Source of the DNA: Elusimicrobiota bacterium
Lineage (GTDB): Bacteria > Elusimicrobiota > Elusimicrobia > Elusimicrobiales > UBA9959
Reading direction: 5' to 3'
Length of the DNA: 18,547 nt
Assembly: GCA_037137395.1 (NCBI GenBank)
Contig: JBAXKK010000052.1
Span: forward strand, 1 to 18,547
Every line of letters starts with the position of its first letter. Positions within the stretch are counted from its first letter, which is position 1. The position numbers and the translations under genes were made by a program. The notes below the pieces were generated by a model, which searched no databases, had not been told where the DNA came from, and was given only the letters and a program-made list of their open reading frames with translations. Positions 16,551 to 18,547 of the stretch are shown piece after piece.

Positions 16551-16680
16551 CGTCTTTCCGGCTCCGTCTTTCCGGCGAAAGCCGGAATCCAGATATTCTT
16601 GATGCTGGACCCCGGCTTTCGCCGGGGAGACGATTGGCGCCCCCCCCAGTTTCACGGTGGGGCAGGCCGCCGGGGAGACG
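16551..16680. repeat. REP-like palindromic doublet with partial extra copies
   Basis: cgtctttccggcgaaagccggaatccag (16565-16592) and inverted ctggaccccggctttcgccggggagacg (16605-16632). Partial copies lie at 16551-16562 and 16668-16680. Confidence 0.8.
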
Positions 16681-16715
16681 AAGGTTTCACCAGAACGATG
16701 AAAAAAGTTCAGCCC

Positions 16716-17699
16716 TTACTTAATATAGTAAACGGGCTCAGCCTCTTTGCCGGCCGATGGCCCGCCGAATTTCATGCCCAGCGACAATCTGTGGGTTATA
16801 CCCAGATCAGTGAACGAATTCCACGCGTAGTCCAGCTGATAATCGTTCCGCTTTATACCCATACCAGCCGTAAGCCCCGACAGCACACCCAGTTCCTTTA
16901 CGGTATCGTTCTTATACCCGGCACGTACCGCCAGAACGAAGGCGCCCAGCGCGCGTGTGTATTCAGCGCCGGCGTGAATCGTGATCTCTTTTTCGATGTA
17001 ATTAATGTCTGAAGCCACCAGTAAATTATTAAACACCTTCAGAGAGCCGCCGGCGCGGATTATAACAGGCAGGGAATCCGCTTCACTTACGTATTTAGCC
17101 TTCGTTCCCATATTCTGAACCGACACGCCCAGGCTAAGCGCCTTGCCCCATGGCCGCAACCCGCTGTATAGCGCGCCTATATCGGCCGCGTATGAATGCG
17201 CGCTTTCATCTTCCAGACGCGACGAGATATATTTTAAATTGGCACCCAGCGCGAGGTTCCCTAAAGCGCGGGCGTAGGAAATAATGCCCATCGTGTCCGT
17301 CATGCTGTAATCTTCTGCAAGCCGGTTGCCCAGGTAGTCAGCTTTCTGTATCGAACCGGTATTAAGGATATTGAACGCCGCGCCTATCGTTCCGCCAAGC
17401 GCCGGCTGACCATACGCCAAGTTTGAATAGGTTATATTTTCAAGCCATAGAGCGTGCGTCATGGATAATTCTGCGCGCTCAAGACCGGCCAGGCCTGCCG
17501 GATTCCAATAAATAGCGCTTACATCGTCAGCCACGCCGGCGAATGTATCGCCCATGGCAGACGGCCTGGCGCCTACACCCAACTGCAGGAACTGGAACGC
17601 GCTGGTGCCCTCCACGCTTCCGCCGTAGACAGCGGCCAGCCAGCCCGGCAGCATCAAGGCTGCCAGCACGCCTGCCTTTATGGTTCTTTTTAATGTCAT
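16716..17699 (-). CDS. PorV/PorQ-family (UPF0164, FadL-like) outer-membrane beta-barrel
   Basis: Signal peptide, then FLQLGVGARPSAMG.....ADDVSAIYWNPAGLA, alternating beta-strands, and terminal LDYAW...THRLSLGMKF. Confidence 0.88.
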   Translation of the reverse strand: MTLKRTIKAGVLAALMLPGWLAAVYGGSVEGTSAFQFLQLGVGARPSAMGDTFAGVADDVSAIYWNPAGLAGLERAELSMTHALWLENITYSNLAYGQPALGGTIGAAFNILNTGSIQKADYLGNRLAEDYSMTDTMGIISYARALGNLALGANLKYISSRLEDESAHSYAADIGALYSGLRPWGKALSLGVSVQNMGTKAKYVSEADSLPVIIRAGGSLKVFNNLLVASDINYIEKEITIHAGAEYTRALGAFVLAVRAGYKNDTVKELGVLSGLTAGMGIKRNDYQLDYAWNSFTDLGITHRLSLGMKFGGPSAGKEAEPVYYIK

Positions 17700-17710
17700 A
17701 AAACTTTAGC

Positions 17711-18283
17711 CTATCTTATAACCGCGAATTTACCTTTTGATTTGCCGCCGCCGGGCGAGGTCATATAAAAGATATATACGCCGCTGGCCAGCTTGCGGCC
17801 GTCGCTGTTGACGCCCGGCCATTCGTAGTAATCCACCGTGCTGTCGGTCTTATGCAGTTCGGCCACCTGCCGACCGGTTATCGCGAAGATTCTTATTGTG
17901 GCTTCGGCTGGCAGATGTTTAAAGGTTAGCTTATCGGCCTGAAAGCTGCCGGGGCTGTTAGGTTTGAACGGATTGGGGTACACATAGGCGTCGCCCAGGT
18001 TCTGGGCTGGCGGGTTGGCCATTGCAACTACGGGGGCCGCGAATCCGCCCGCATTCTGATAGCTGGGACTTTGCGCGCTGCCGGGCATGCTCTGCCCGAT
18101 AGTGCCGGCTTGGATCTTATACCCGGGCGAACCGGCGTTCTCGACGCTGTTGGTTACCGCGCTGAGGGACAGGATATATTGTGAGCTTATCAGCGAGCCG
18201 GCGTACACCAAAGACCCGGTCAGCAACGCAGCCAGGAGCAGAAGCGGCAATTTGCCGCGGCACTTTTTCAAGTTAAGCGGCAT
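17711..18283 (-). CDS. Small secreted protein consisting mostly of a T9SS type-A sorting / FlgD-Ig-like C-terminal domain; the true start may lie upstream of the microsatellite
   Basis: Hydrophobic signal ending VYA, then YVYPNPF, IRIFAITGRQVAEL, W.G.N..G..LASGVYI, KGKFAVIR. There is no SD before ATG 18283 and the frame stays open to the window end. Confidence 0.8.
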   Translation of the reverse strand: MPLNLKKCRGKLPLLLLAALLTGSLVYAGSLISSQYILSLSAVTNSVENAGSPGYKIQAGTIGQSMPGSAQSPSYQNAGGFAAPVVAMANPPAQNLGDAYVYPNPFKPNSPGSFQADKLTFKHLPAEATIRIFAITGRQVAELHKTDSTVDYYEWPGVNSDGRKLASGVYIFYMTSPGGGKSKGKFAVIR

Positions 18284-18367
18284 AAATGGCTGCGCCGCGC
18301 CGCTGCGGACGAGGGTTGATGCAGGGAGATTTTGTCGGGATTTATTTCCGGTAAGGGGGGATGTGTA

Positions 18368-18547
<180 letters not shown>

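Noticed and set aside
16425..17012. Plus-strand 195-aa ORF and other short overlapping ORFs (e.g. 6434-6913, 7984-8442, 15039-15314, 15552-15902)
   Set aside because: They are antisense or out-of-frame overlaps of well-supported genes or repeats, with no recognisable motifs.

Overview
Bacterial chromosomal window. The gene content (PorV/PorQ-family barrel, T9SS-like C-terminal domain, GH57/DUF4912 cluster) suggests a diderm such as Elusimicrobiota; this taxonomy is inference only. The left part (1-11.7 kb) is housekeeping: YgiQ-type radical SAM (partial), RNase D, RluE-type pseudouridine synthase, an MFS transporter, a YhaM/CyuA-like Fe-S desulfidase, a hypothetical protein, two GH57 enzymes and DUF4912. 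The right part (11.8-18.5 kb) is one co-oriented minus-strand cassette. In transcription order it reads: (CAGA)n microsatellite, small T9SS-CTD-like secreted protein, PorV/PorQ-family barrel, mosaic phage-tail-fibre-like secreted protein, secreted DUF1566/C-type-lectin-fold DGR target with VR, hairpin, avd, TR, DGR reverse transcriptase. TR (13372-13484) and VR (14075-14187) align ungapped over 113 bp with 21 mismatches, 20 of them at TR adenines, so this is a complete diversity-generating retroelement. Three features are unusual: the RT has a fused C-terminal MutS-domain-I-like module, the TR 3' end overlaps the RT start, and a tetranucleotide tract of at least 45 units is in frame with the first gene, consistent with a phase-variable, DGR-diversified surface adhesin system.
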